Shown: positions 17,685-27,657 of the stretch, piece after piece
How the letters are laid out: every line of letters starts with the position of its first letter
Numbering within the stretch: the first letter of the stretch is position 1
From: Eubacteriales bacterium
GTDB lineage: Bacteria > Bacillota > Clostridia > Lachnospirales > Lachnospiraceae
Reading direction: 5' to 3'
DNA: 64,000 bases
Assembly (NCBI GenBank): GCA_030527665.1
Contig: JAUNAK010000003.1
Coordinates: 10,942 to 74,941, forward strand
The notes under the pieces: generated by a model
Databases searched by the model: none
Seen by the model: only the letters and a program-made list of their open reading frames with translations
Told to the model about the DNA's origin: nothing
Program-made: the position numbers and the translations under genes

Positions 17685-18176
17685 TTACGGGGATACCATT
17701 TCACGACGATCTTTTGCCTTCGGCGCCATAACCACGCCATGATCCTTATATTTCTTAAGAATGAAATGTGTTGCCGTACTGATGACCGTATCCAGCGTAG
17801 AAAGCTTATTGGTTACGAAACCGGATACCTGTTTCAGTGTCTTGCCTTCCAGTGTGACCAGCAGATCATATCCGCCGGAGATCAGATATACAGAGTTTAC
17901 CTCCGGGTATTTGTAAATACGCTCGGCAATATCGTCGAAACCTTTTCCTCTCTGCGGAGTAACCCGAACCTCGATCAATGCAGAAACCTTCTCGATGTCG
18001 GTCTTGTCCCAGTCGATCATGGTACTGTATCCGCAGATAATGCCTTCCTCTTCCATCCGCTTTACGGAATTTGCAATTTCAATTTCTTCTGCACCCAGAA
18101 GAACTGCCAGATCGGAAATACCGATGTGACTGTTTTTTTCAATAATCGTGAGAATATTATTTTCAAGCGTATTCAT
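17685..18176 (-). CDS. Lrp/AsnC-family transcriptional regulator
   Basis: N-terminal HTH and a RAM domain (VYLISGGYDLLV...TATHFILKKYK); operonic with the aminotransferase. Confidence 0.9.
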   Translation of the reverse strand: MNTLENNILTIIEKNSHIGISDLAVLLGAEEIEIANSVKRMEEEGIICGYSTMIDWDKTDIEKVSALIEVRVTPQRGKGFDDIAERIYKYPEVNSVYLISGGYDLLVTLEGKTLKQVSGFVTNKLSTLDTVISTATHFILKKYKDHGVVMAPKAKDRREMVSP

Positions 18177-18358
18177 TATCAGAACCTCTTTTCTTCATTC
18201 CCTGTTGTACTGCAATTGTTAATACTTATACTTATGTCCGGGAGTCAGACATTAAGTTTAGTATAAGTTTATTTGTTTTTCTTGTAAAGAATAGATATTT
18301 TTATGCTTCAGAGCACCTGCTGCCGGTACTTGTACAGTCTTCGCAGCAATATACTTTC

Positions 18359-20125
18359 TTAGCGAAAGCTCTTCAGCCAGTTGACCAGCGATCCGTGATG
18401 TGTATTATCGGTTACGGTTCGCTTCATCTGTTCGTTTACCGGTCCGTTCCTGCGCATTCTCTCCAGGATACTGATCTGCAGCTCCTCCACGGTCAGTTCC
18501 TCCGGAGCCAGCGGACGTACTCTTGTCTTAAATGCCTCTTCGATCGAATCCTGTGTTAGTTTTTCCAAAGAAAAAGTTCCCTTTTCTGCAGATGCATTCT
18601 CTACAGCTGTGGCTTTTACAACATCTGTTACAGCAGCTGTTTCATTAATGGTATCCTTCTCATTTTCTGCATCTTCCGCTGCTTTTTCCGCCTTCGGCTG
18701 TGTTTCAGCCGGTCTGATTTCCGGAACCGCAGCTGTATTTTCCAGTACAGCCTCTTCTGTTCCGGCTGCTTCTGCAGCATCTGCCGGCACATAGACATCA
18801 CCGCTGTTTACTGCCAGATGAATCTGCACCCAGCCATTTTCCGCCTGTACCTGTGTACCGGTCAGCGTTCCGCGGTAGGCAGCCACACCATCAGCAGGCA
18901 CGGAGATCTGTGCCTCATTGTCATCATTGTTTACAGCAACAATAACATTCTGTCCCGGAATCGTACGGGTGAATGCATACTGCCGGTTTGTCAGGACCCG
19001 CTCCTTATAGACACCATAAGACAAGGCCGGATATACTTTTCGAACCTTTCCCAGTGCAGCCAGACAGCGGGTATACGGATTTTTCTCAAATGCATCCGCA
19101 TACTCATTCAGATCAATGGCCGGACGCAGCGAATCATCGGAACCGCGCATTTTTTTGCCGTCGATACCGAATTCACTTCCATAGTAGATTGACGGAACAC
19201 CCGGCAGTGTATAGCTGAGAATGTGAACCGGTATCATATGTGCCTTGTTGTAAAGCTTGGTATGGATTCGTTCCACATCATGGTTATCGGTAAAATTATA
19301 GAGACCAAGTCCGTTGGGATCATGTCCTGTCATATCCTCCAGACGGCGTACCGTATGGGCGATCTCGAAATAGTTGTGATCGTTATGTCCGGAATACAGA
19401 CCTTTATGCAGGGTATAGTTAGTCACCGCGTGCAGCATGTCACCGCCGACCCAGCGGCTGTAATCGCCGTGGATCACTTCTCCCATGAGCCAGAATTCCG
19501 GCTTCACTTCATTCGCCACACGGCGAAGCATGCGCATGAAATCAAAGTCCAGCACATCGGCTGCATCCAGACGAATGCCGTCGATATCAAATTCACTGAC
19601 CCAGAAACGGATCACATCCGCAATATATCCCTGTACTTCCGGATTTCTCTGATTCAGCTTGGCAAGCAGGTTGTATCCGCCCCAGTTATCATAGGAAAAT
19701 CCATCGTTATATTCATTGTTGTTCCAGAAATTTACATTACAGTACCAGTTCACATACGGAGAATTCTCCCTTTTTTCCCGGATATCCTGAAATGCAAAAA
19801 AATCACGTCCTGTATGATTGAATACACCGTCCAGAACGACACGGATCCCTGCCTTGTGACAGGCATCAACGAAGTTCTTCAGATCCTCGTTGGTTCCCAG
19901 TCGGGAATCCAGCTTCCTGTAATCGGTTGTCTCATATCCGTGACCGACAGATTCAAAAAGCGGTCCGATATACAGAGCCGTACATCCCAGCTTCTGAATA
20001 TGCCCGATCCAGGGGAGAAGTGTGTTCAGCCGGTGCTCCGGCTCACCGTATGCATTGAGCTTAGGTGCTCCTGTCAGTCCCAACGGATAAATATGATAAA
20101 ATACAGCCTCCTGATACCATGCCAT
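18359..20125 (-). CDS. Cytoplasmic GH13 alpha-amylase/cyclomaltodextrinase-like enzyme with C-terminal extension
   Basis: GH13 conserved regions DGVFNH, GIRLDAA, GEVIH and FTDNHD; no signal peptide. Confidence 0.9.
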   Translation of the reverse strand: MAWYQEAVFYHIYPLGLTGAPKLNAYGEPEHRLNTLLPWIGHIQKLGCTALYIGPLFESVGHGYETTDYRKLDSRLGTNEDLKNFVDACHKAGIRVVLDGVFNHTGRDFFAFQDIREKRENSPYVNWYCNVNFWNNNEYNDGFSYDNWGGYNLLAKLNQRNPEVQGYIADVIRFWVSEFDIDGIRLDAADVLDFDFMRMLRRVANEVKPEFWLMGEVIHGDYSRWVGGDMLHAVTNYTLHKGLYSGHNDHNYFEIAHTVRRLEDMTGHDPNGLGLYNFTDNHDVERIHTKLYNKAHMIPVHILSYTLPGVPSIYYGSEFGIDGKKMRGSDDSLRPAIDLNEYADAFEKNPYTRCLAALGKVRKVYPALSYGVYKERVLTNRQYAFTRTIPGQNVIVAVNNDDNEAQISVPADGVAAYRGTLTGTQVQAENGWVQIHLAVNSGDVYVPADAAEAAGTEEAVLENTAAVPEIRPAETQPKAEKAAEDAENEKDTINETAAVTDVVKATAVENASAEKGTFSLEKLTQDSIEEAFKTRVRPLAPEELTVEELQISILERMRRNGPVNEQMKRTVTDNTHHGSLVNWLKSFR

Positions 20126-20485
20126 GTATGTTATTCCTCCTATTTTTGCTTCGGGGTACAGCTTCCCTCCGCTGCTTATCTGCTGTGTCCGTTCATCTTT
20201 CTATGAATACATGCGAACACAGATTTGTATTATACCATGAATTCCCGGAACCTGCCCTTATATTATGTTCTTTTCTTCTCTATCAGAAAAAATGTCGTCT
20301 CTTTTCCCTGTTTTCCCCTAATAATTACGGTATTTATCCCCTGCACTTCTGATAGTACCATTTCCATGCTATACTCGTATAGTCGAGCGCCGAATCGAAA
20401 GAACAGGAATGCGATCTGCAGGACGCTCCTCGTACGGTGCAGGATTAAAACAAAAACAACAAAATAGAAATGAGAGGGTAGAAAC

Positions 20486-21664
20486 ATGAAAAAACTAATG
20501 TCCAGCCTCCCGATGCGTCTGCTGATCTTTGCGATTCTCGGTATGCTTCTGGGTCTGGTACTCCCCGAGGGACCGATGAATTTCTTCGTCACTGTGAAGT
20601 ACATACTGAACCAGATCATCGTATTCTGTGTTCCACTGATCATCATCGGTTTCATTGCTCCGTCCATCACCCAGCTGGGCTCCAATGCCTCAAAACTTCT
20701 GGGCGTGGCAGTCACCATCGCATATCTCTCGTCCATCGGTGCTGCATTTTTTGCCATGCTGGCGGGCTACGGACTGATTCCGCATCTGTCCATCGCTACC
20801 GAAGTGGAGGGTCTGAAGGAACTGCCGGAGGTTGTTTTCCAGCTGAATATTCCGCAGATCATGCCGGTTATGAGTGCACTGGTCTTCTCCATGCTGCTGG
20901 GTCTGGCAGCAACCTGGACCAAAGCAACTGTGATCACCGAAGTTCTGAATGAATTTCAGAAGATCATTCTGGAGGTCGTTAACCGCATTATTATTCCGAT
21001 CCTTCCGGTATTTATCGGCTTTGCTTTCTGTACACTGGCTTATGAAGGTTCCATCACCAAGCAGCTGCCGATCTTCCTGATCGTTATTGTGATCGTTATG
21101 GCCGGTCATTATATCTGGCTGGCACTGCTCTACGGAATCGCCAGTGTATACTCCGGCAAGAGCGGAATGCATATCATCAAAAATTACGGATCCGCTTATC
21201 TGACAGCTGTCGGAACCATGTCCTCCGCTGCCACCCTGGCCGTTGCTCTGCAGTGTGCAAAGAAATCCGAGCCGACACTCCGTGATGACATGGTCGACTT
21301 CGGTATCCCGCTGTTTGCCAACATCCACCTGTGCGGATCGGTACTGACGGAAGTCTTCTTCGTTATGACAATTTCCAAGATCCTGTACGGAAGTCTCCCA
21401 TCCCTGGGGCAGATGATCCTCTTCTGTCTGCTGCTCGGCATCTTTGCCATCGGCGCTCCGGGTGTTCCGGGCGGAACCGTTATGGCTTCTCTTGGTCTGA
21501 TTACCGGCGTTCTTGGCTTTGACGAGACCGGAACCGCACTGATGCTGACCATCTTCGCTCTGCAGGATTCCTTCGGAACGGCCTGCAACGTAACCGGTGA
21601 CGGTGCCCTGACACTGATCCTGACCGGCTTCGTAGAAAAACACGGAATGAAAAAAGCCGCCTGA
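20486..21664 (+). CDS. Dicarboxylate/amino acid:cation symporter (SDF family)
   Basis: Multi-TM protein with TMSSAATL, GAPGVPGG and DSFGTACNVTGD motifs. Confidence 0.9.
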   Translation: MKKLMSSLPMRLLIFAILGMLLGLVLPEGPMNFFVTVKYILNQIIVFCVPLIIIGFIAPSITQLGSNASKLLGVAVTIAYLSSIGAAFFAMLAGYGLIPHLSIATEVEGLKELPEVVFQLNIPQIMPVMSALVFSMLLGLAATWTKATVITEVLNEFQKIILEVVNRIIIPILPVFIGFAFCTLAYEGSITKQLPIFLIVIVIVMAGHYIWLALLYGIASVYSGKSGMHIIKNYGSAYLTAVGTMSSAATLAVALQCAKKSEPTLRDDMVDFGIPLFANIHLCGSVLTEVFFVMTISKILYGSLPSLGQMILFCLLLGIFAIGAPGVPGGTVMASLGLITGVLGFDETGTALMLTIFALQDSFGTACNVTGDGALTLILTGFVEKHGMKKAA

Positions 21665-21685
21665 CCGCCAGATCGTTCCGTACAC

Positions 21686-21725
21686 AAAAAGCTTCGGAAA
21701 ATGCATCGCATTTCCGAAGCTTTTT
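21686..21725. terminator. Bidirectional intrinsic terminator
   Basis: AAAAAGCTTCGGAAA...TTTCCGAAGCTTTTT between convergent genes. Confidence 0.85.
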
Positions 21726-21747
21726 GCATCTGTCTCTCTATTTTCGA

Positions 21748-23034
21748 TCACTGTGCCACACGGATGACATTGCTTACTTTTTTTACAATGGACATGCCGC
21801 GAAGGATCGTCAGTGCATCTTTCAGATTCTTTTCTTTTACCGATTCGGTGATCAGAACCAGCTCTGCAAAATCCTCCTGTTTGCGGCGCTGCACCATCTG
21901 CTCGATGCTGACATTATTGTTGCCGAATACCGCAGCAATACTTGCCAGTACACCGTTTCGATCCTCTACCTTTATGCGGATAAAGTACTTGCTGCAGGTC
22001 TCCTCGTAGGGAACGACAGGCAGCTGTTTGTAGCAGGTACAGCCGATCCTTCCGCAGCAGTTGAAATCGATATTGCGGACGATCTCGAAAATATCACCGA
22101 CTACGGCGCTGGCCGTGGGCAGTTCTCCTGCACCTCGTCCGTAGAACATGGTATCCTGTACCGCATCTCCACGGACAAATACCGCATTGTAGGAATCATT
22201 GACTGCCGCCAGCGGATGACTTTCGTCGATCAGCATCGGATGAACCATGACCTCAATGCCCCTTTCTGTATTTCTGGCAACACCCAGCAGCTTGATCACA
22301 TGTCCCATTTCTTTTGCATACCGGATATCCCTTGCAGTAATACCGGAAATACCCTCGGTATGCACATTGTCAAAGGTTACCCGGGAATTGAAGGCCGCAC
22401 AGGCAAGGATCGCCATTTTTCTGCCTGCATCCAGACCTTCCACATCGGCGGTCGGATCGCTTTCCGCGAATCCCAGTTCCTGTGCCAGCTTCAGAGCATC
22501 CGAAAACTCCATTCCGTCTCTGGTCATTCTTGTAAGAATGAAGTTTGTTGTACCATTGACAATACCCATCACCTCTGCAACATGATTGCCTGCCAGCGCC
22601 AGTTTCAGAGGACCGATGATCGGAATACCGCCGGCAACCGCTGCCTCATAAAACAGATCACAGTGATTTTCTCCTGCTGTGTCCATGAGGATCTGTCCTT
22701 CGGAAGCCAGCAGATCCTTATTGGCTGTAACTACGTTTTTTCCAGCTTTCAGAGCCTTTAAAATATAGGTCTTTGCCGGTTCGATGCCGCCCATTACTTC
22801 AACAACGATGCGAACCTCCGGATCATTGATAATAACATCGATATCATTTGTCAGAATCGACGGATCCGCAACCTTTGCAGCAGCCTTCTCCAGATTGCGC
22901 ACCAGAATATGTGCAACCTCAACAGAGCTTCCAAGCTTCCGTTCCATCTCCTCCTTCTGCATCTCCAGCACCTTGTATACACCGCCGCCGACGGTTCCCA
23001 GACCTAGAATGGCGATTTTTGTAGCTTTTCCCAT
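21748..23034 (-). CDS. hom: Homoserine dehydrogenase with C-terminal ACT domain
   Basis: IAILGLGTVGGG, VVTANK, YEAAVAGGIP, GIVNGTTN and AESDPTADVEG motifs plus an ACT domain; start chosen at MGKATK. Confidence 0.95.
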   Translation of the reverse strand: MGKATKIAILGLGTVGGGVYKVLEMQKEEMERKLGSSVEVAHILVRNLEKAAAKVADPSILTNDIDVIINDPEVRIVVEVMGGIEPAKTYILKALKAGKNVVTANKDLLASEGQILMDTAGENHCDLFYEAAVAGGIPIIGPLKLALAGNHVAEVMGIVNGTTNFILTRMTRDGMEFSDALKLAQELGFAESDPTADVEGLDAGRKMAILACAAFNSRVTFDNVHTEGISGITARDIRYAKEMGHVIKLLGVARNTERGIEVMVHPMLIDESHPLAAVNDSYNAVFVRGDAVQDTMFYGRGAGELPTASAVVGDIFEIVRNIDFNCCGRIGCTCYKQLPVVPYEETCSKYFIRIKVEDRNGVLASIAAVFGNNNVSIEQMVQRRKQEDFAELVLITESVKEKNLKDALTILRGMSIVKKVSNVIRVAQ

Positions 23035-23193
23035 AGTTTTCGTATAACTCCTATTCTTTCTGATTCTGTCTGAACAAATCCACCTGCCGCTGTCCCTCAT
23101 GGAAACATGTTTCGGGAAATGACTTTCCTGACAACCGGCATTTGAATGTGTCAGAATCCATATGTTTTCTGCCTGTAAAATCTGTCTTTCTCA

Positions 23194-23451
23194 TCAGGCA
23201 TCAAAATCAACATGGAAGCTTGCTTCTGCAAAATGAATATCCACATAATGCAGATCAAATTCGCTGTCCATCACATCCATGCATCCCTGATACGAAAGCA
23301 GATCATCTTTTTTGATCAGAAACATGTAGGTGCCGTTTTCTTTCTCATCTACCTCTGCGCTCACATCCTCATAAAACTCTTTTCCGTCGATTTTTCCCGG
23401 ATATCCGGATGCTGCAATTTTTTCTTCAATCAATTTGTATAATTCTTCCAT
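23194..23451 (-). CDS. Small acidic hypothetical protein (85 aa)
   Basis: MEELYKLIEEKIAASGYPGKIDG...; protein-like composition and an RBS-like sequence upstream. Confidence 0.7.
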   Translation of the reverse strand: MEELYKLIEEKIAASGYPGKIDGKEFYEDVSAEVDEKENGTYMFLIKKDDLLSYQGCMDVMDSEFDLHYVDIHFAEASFHVDFDA

Positions 23452-23531
23452 GGTATACCGTACCCTTCTCTGCTTTGTTTGTGCTGTAATTATAGTACAC
23501 TTCCAAGGCAAAAGATACCGTTTTCTGTAAG

Positions 23532-23560
23532 TTGACAATCTTTCAGGGAAGGTCCATACT
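23532..23560 (+). promoter_or_regulatory. SigA-type promoter of the TSUP gene
   Basis: TTGACA-17 nt-CATACT. Confidence 0.6.
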
Positions 23561-23595
23561 CTGCTACGGAGTACAACAGTCAGGAGAATACCACT

Positions 23596-24363
23596 ATGCA
23601 CATTACCATAACACAGCTGCTTATTATCTGCCCCCTGCTTTTTCTGGCAGGTTTTGTCGATGCCATCGCAGGCGGAGGCGGTCTGATCTCACTGCCGGCC
23701 TATATGTTTGCCGGTCTTCCGGTTCATGCCTGCATCGCTACAAACAAGATGAGTTCTTCCATGGGAACCACTCTGGCAACGATACGCTATGCCAAAAGCG
23801 GCTTTATTCCATGGAAACAGGCAGGCTTCTGTGTGATCACGGCATTTATCGGCTCCACTGCCGGTGCCAGGATCGCGCTGTATATTCCGGACAAAGGTTT
23901 CAAGATCTTCATGATGATCGCCCTTCCGGTCATTGCCTTTCATGTTCTCCGTCCCAAAACTTTCCGCAGTGATCTGAAGCCTTATTCCGACCTGCACACG
24001 ACATTGATCGGCTGCGGAACGGCATTTGTCATCGGCCTGTACGATGGATTTTACGGTCCGGGGACCGGTACCTTTCTGCTTCTGCTGCTTACCGGTCTGG
24101 CTCATATGGAACTGACCAAAGCGAACGGAACAACAAAGGTCATCAATCTTACAACAAATGTCGCTGCATTATGCGTCTATCTGCTGAACGGAAAAGTAAT
24201 GATCCCGATTGGAATCATTGCCGGCTGCTTCAATATCGCAGGCAATTACCTGGGTGCACGCACCTTTGAAAAAGGCGGTGCAAAACCAGTAAAACCGGTG
24301 ATGCTGGTCGTACTGGTTCTGTTTTTCCTGAAGATCATCCTGGAATTCTTCCCCCTTGGATAA
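23596..24363 (+). CDS. TauE/SafE (TSUP) family permease
   Basis: AGFVDAIAGGGGLISLP and YDGFYGPGTGTF motifs. Confidence 0.9.
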   Translation: MHITITQLLIICPLLFLAGFVDAIAGGGGLISLPAYMFAGLPVHACIATNKMSSSMGTTLATIRYAKSGFIPWKQAGFCVITAFIGSTAGARIALYIPDKGFKIFMMIALPVIAFHVLRPKTFRSDLKPYSDLHTTLIGCGTAFVIGLYDGFYGPGTGTFLLLLLTGLAHMELTKANGTTKVINLTTNVAALCVYLLNGKVMIPIGIIAGCFNIAGNYLGARTFEKGGAKPVKPVMLVVLVLFFLKIILEFFPLG

Positions 24364-24370
24364 AAAATAT

Positions 24371-24424
24371 AAAAAGACGGTTCCTGCTGCCGGTAATATA
24401 TACCGGCAGTGAGAACCGTCTTTT
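24371..24424. terminator. Bidirectional terminator (two-tier hairpin)
   Basis: AAAGACGGTTC...CTGCCGGTA/TACCGGCAG...GAACCGTCTTT between convergent genes. Confidence 0.8.
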
Positions 24425-24460
24425 CTATATATGTGTTCACAGAGCACACATACCGGATAT

Positions 24461-25264
24461 TTAGTTTTTCTGATCCAGATGTACGTCCAGCTGATTGAAC
24501 GGAACAACGATGTTCTTCTCAGCAAATGCCTTCTCGGCAGCCTCAAGCAGATCGGAATATACGGTCCAATAATCAGCTGACTTGCACCATACACGAAGAG
24601 AGATCTTGGTTCCGTTTCCGGCACCGAAATCCGTGATGCGTGCAAACGGAAGCGGATCTGCAAGTACCAGTGCATTTGCCTTTGCCAGTCCCAGAAGCGT
24701 ATCGGATACCAGCTTCGGATCATTGCCCGCAACAGAGAAATCCAGATCCACACGACGATTATCTGCTTCGGAATAATTGGTAATGGTTCCGGTACTCAGT
24801 GCACTGTTCGGCAGATATACTACCTTGTTATCCAGAGTAACGATCTTTGTATTGCAGATGCGGATATCCTGTACAGATCCCTGCATACCCTGTGCTTCAA
24901 TGTAATCTCCTACACTGAACGGACGAGTGATCAGCAGCATGATGCCGCCTGCCAGATTGCTTAATGTTCCGTTTACAGCCAAACCTGCGGTGACACCAAG
25001 GGAAGCAATTACTGCAGAAAGACCGCTGGTCTCAATTCCCAGATAACCGATCAGGCAGATCAGTACCAGTCCTTTCAGTGCCAGTTTTGCTGCATATCCC
25101 AATGTTCTTGTTAAGGTCTTATCCAGTTTTTCCTTTGCTTCCAGACTTCTCTGCAGTTTACCGCAGACAGAATTGATGATAGCAAAAGATATGATCAGAA
25201 TCACAAGTGCGATCACGACCTTGATTCCGGTTGACAGAACCCAGTTCATAACAATATCTAACAT
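24461..25264 (-). CDS. mscS: Small-conductance mechanosensitive channel
   Basis: GTLSNLAGGIMLLITRPFSVGDYIE and VYLPNS motifs. Confidence 0.9.
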   Translation of the reverse strand: MLDIVMNWVLSTGIKVVIALVILIISFAIINSVCGKLQRSLEAKEKLDKTLTRTLGYAAKLALKGLVLICLIGYLGIETSGLSAVIASLGVTAGLAVNGTLSNLAGGIMLLITRPFSVGDYIEAQGMQGSVQDIRICNTKIVTLDNKVVYLPNSALSTGTITNYSEADNRRVDLDFSVAGNDPKLVSDTLLGLAKANALVLADPLPFARITDFGAGNGTKISLRVWCKSADYWTVYSDLLEAAEKAFAEKNIVVPFNQLDVHLDQKN

Positions 25265-25288
25265 ACTGTCTCCTCCTGTTATTAAATT

Positions 25289-27655
25289 TTATCTGCACTG
25301 AAGAAGTGCACGTTTCAGATATGTGCGGGTTACCTGAATCTTATAGATGTTCTCCCTCAGCGGAAGTGCATCCTTCAGAGCAGCCTTTGCCGTCTCCAGT
25401 GCAGTCTCCTCGGTCAGTTCCTTTCCGATCAGATACTGCTCTGCTTCACGCATGCGAAGCGGAACCGGAGCAACCGCACCCAGTACGATTCTGGCATCGG
25501 TAACCTTGCCGCCGTCCATGGTTACGGAAACAGCTGTGGACAGCAGCGGGAAGTCGATCGATTTTCTGCGTCTGAACTTCATGTAGCAGCTCTTTGTGTT
25601 TTCTTTTGCTTCCGGAAGCAGTACGCCGGTAACGATCTCTCCCTTATTCAGAACAGTAGAGGACTGTACACCAACGGTGAAGAACTTCTCTGCATCGATC
25701 TTTCTCTCTGTTGTTTCAACAACCGCATCCAGAGCGATCAGAGCCGGTGCCAGATCGGACGGGTTAACAGCTACACAGCCGCAGTTGAAGCAGCGGTTGA
25801 TTTCTTCCTGTGCCTGCTCTTTGGTAAATCCTTTGGCATCTTCATGCGCAAAGCTGTATTCTGCCTGCGGATATTTCTCCACAACGCCTGCTTTGGAGCA
25901 CTCCAGACAGGAACGATGGAAGCGGTTCAGTTCCTTGCAGCTGTTAGCTGTACAGGTACATGCCTTCGCTGTTCCTCCCAGATATTCATTCATGGATGCA
26001 GCAGCACGTTTTCCGGCTGCCATTGCCTTTACAACAGAAGACGGGCCGGAAGCAGACTCACCGCCGGCATACAGGCCTGCAACTGCAGTCTTCTGTGTTT
26101 CTTCTTCTACCGCAACGATACGGCCTGTAATTCCGAGATCCGGATCGATATAGCTGAGATCTGCCTTCTGACCTACAGCAAGAATAATGCTGTCTGCCTC
26201 GAAAGTCTGACGCTGTTCTCTGTCATAAACCGGACTGAATCTGCCCTGTGCATCACGGGTAGATGTACAGCGGATCATCTCAAGCCCTTTGATCTTTCCA
26301 TCTTCTACCAGAACCTTATCCGGTCCCCATGTCGGGATGATCTCAACACCGTCTTCCAGTGCATCATGGATATCATCCTCGAAGGCCGGCATCTGCTCAC
26401 GGCTCTCCAGACAGATCATGCGGACACGTTTTGCACCGAGGCGACGGCTTACCATAGCTGCATCGACAGCAACATTTCCTCCGCCGATAACGATCACATC
26501 TTCACCCGGTTTTACACGTTTGCCCATAGCAGTCTCACGAAGAAGCTGCAGAGCCGGAATGGTATATTCCTCTCCGTCCAGACGGATACTTACCGGACTC
26601 CATGCACCGGTGCCCAGGAAAACAGCATCATAATCCTGACGCAGCGTCTTCAGCGTAATATCCTCGCCAACCTTTACGCCGGTACGGAATTCGATTCCCA
26701 TCTTCTCAAACGCATTGACCTGTCTGTCCAGAACCTCATCGGATAAACGATAGGACGGAATACCGTAGCGCATCATACCGCCGACCTTATCCATCTGCTC
26801 AAATACAACAACTGCATGCCCTTCCAGGCGAAGGAAATATGCAGCAGCCAGACCGGCCGGGCCGGCACCGATCACAGCGGCCTTTTTGCCTGTTGCCGGT
26901 TTGATCCGGTTCATCAGTTCGTCGCTGTGTGCCAGCATATAGTCACCAACGGTTCCTTCTACACTGCGAATCGCAACGGATTCATCTACGTTATTTCTGT
27001 TGCAGCCGCCCATACAGGTATGCGGACAGATCCGTCCTGTAACAGCTGCCAGCGGATTGGTCTGCAGAAGGATCTCTGCAGCCGCCTTCTCATCACCACT
27101 GCGAAGTTTTGCAAAATATTCAGGAATTGCATTGCCTGCCGGACAGCTTTCCTGACAAGGTGTATCCTTTACCTTCATCGAGCCGAAAATGGAATGGATC
27201 TCATTCCGTCCGGTCTGTGCGTTACAGAAGCTTCCGCCTTTTCTAAGGCAGTTGAACAGACCATCTACATTTCTATAATACCAGCAGCGCGGCTCCTGGC
27301 AGATATTTCCACCGATGGTACTGTTGTTTCTGATCTGCGGAGATGCAACATTGTACGCTGCCTCTGCAAGCACATTCCAGCCTTCCTTGAGCAGCTCGGA
27401 AGATTCCAGTTCATGAAGAGTGGTCAGTCCTTTAATACGAACACCATTCTCTGTTTTCTCAATTCCTTCCGCATCCGGAATCGAACGAAGGTTAACGATC
27501 ATCTCCGGATACTCTTTGTAAATATTATCTTTGAAGCCGTGGAGCAGGTCGGTTCCGCCTGAGATCACCTTGACTTTTCCGCCGCATGCCTTGAGACTTT
27601 CTACAGCTTCCTCAAAGGAGCCGGCATTTTTAAATCCAAATCTGGGTAATGCCAT
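25289..27655 (-). CDS. Xanthine-dehydrogenase-family FAD subunit (PaoB/HcrB-like) with an inserted GltD-like Fe-S flavoprotein
   Basis: SGGTDL and ASPQIRNNSTIGGN FAD-subunit motifs; insert with CQESCP, GRICPHTC, GAGPAG and GGGNVA; resumes at CVAVNPSDLAPAL and ends in a CO_deh_flav_C-like domain. Confidence 0.85.
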   Translation of the reverse strand: MALPRFGFKNAGSFEEAVESLKACGGKVKVISGGTDLLHGFKDNIYKEYPEMIVNLRSIPDAEGIEKTENGVRIKGLTTLHELESSELLKEGWNVLAEAAYNVASPQIRNNSTIGGNICQEPRCWYYRNVDGLFNCLRKGGSFCNAQTGRNEIHSIFGSMKVKDTPCQESCPAGNAIPEYFAKLRSGDEKAAAEILLQTNPLAAVTGRICPHTCMGGCNRNNVDESVAIRSVEGTVGDYMLAHSDELMNRIKPATGKKAAVIGAGPAGLAAAYFLRLEGHAVVVFEQMDKVGGMMRYGIPSYRLSDEVLDRQVNAFEKMGIEFRTGVKVGEDITLKTLRQDYDAVFLGTGAWSPVSIRLDGEEYTIPALQLLRETAMGKRVKPGEDVIVIGGGNVAVDAAMVSRRLGAKRVRMICLESREQMPAFEDDIHDALEDGVEIIPTWGPDKVLVEDGKIKGLEMIRCTSTRDAQGRFSPVYDREQRQTFEADSIILAVGQKADLSYIDPDLGITGRIVAVEEETQKTAVAGLYAGGESASGPSSVVKAMAAGKRAAASMNEYLGGTAKACTCTANSCKELNRFHRSCLECSKAGVVEKYPQAEYSFAHEDAKGFTKEQAQEEINRCFNCGCVAVNPSDLAPALIALDAVVETTERKIDAEKFFTVGVQSSTVLNKGEIVTGVLLPEAKENTKSCYMKFRRRKSIDFPLLSTAVSVTMDGGKVTDARIVLGAVAPVPLRMREAEQYLIGKELTEETALETAKAALKDALPLRENIYKIQVTRTYLKRALLQCR

Positions 27656-27657
27656 AC

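Noticed and set aside
20350-20485. Glycine riboswitch or T-box before the SDF symporter
   Set aside because: CGCCGAA is present, but the CTCTCAGG core and the T-box antiterminator motif are absent.
23035-23193. T-box or lysine/SAM riboswitch upstream of hom
   Set aside because: Only a small hairpin; no conserved riboswitch motifs were recognised.
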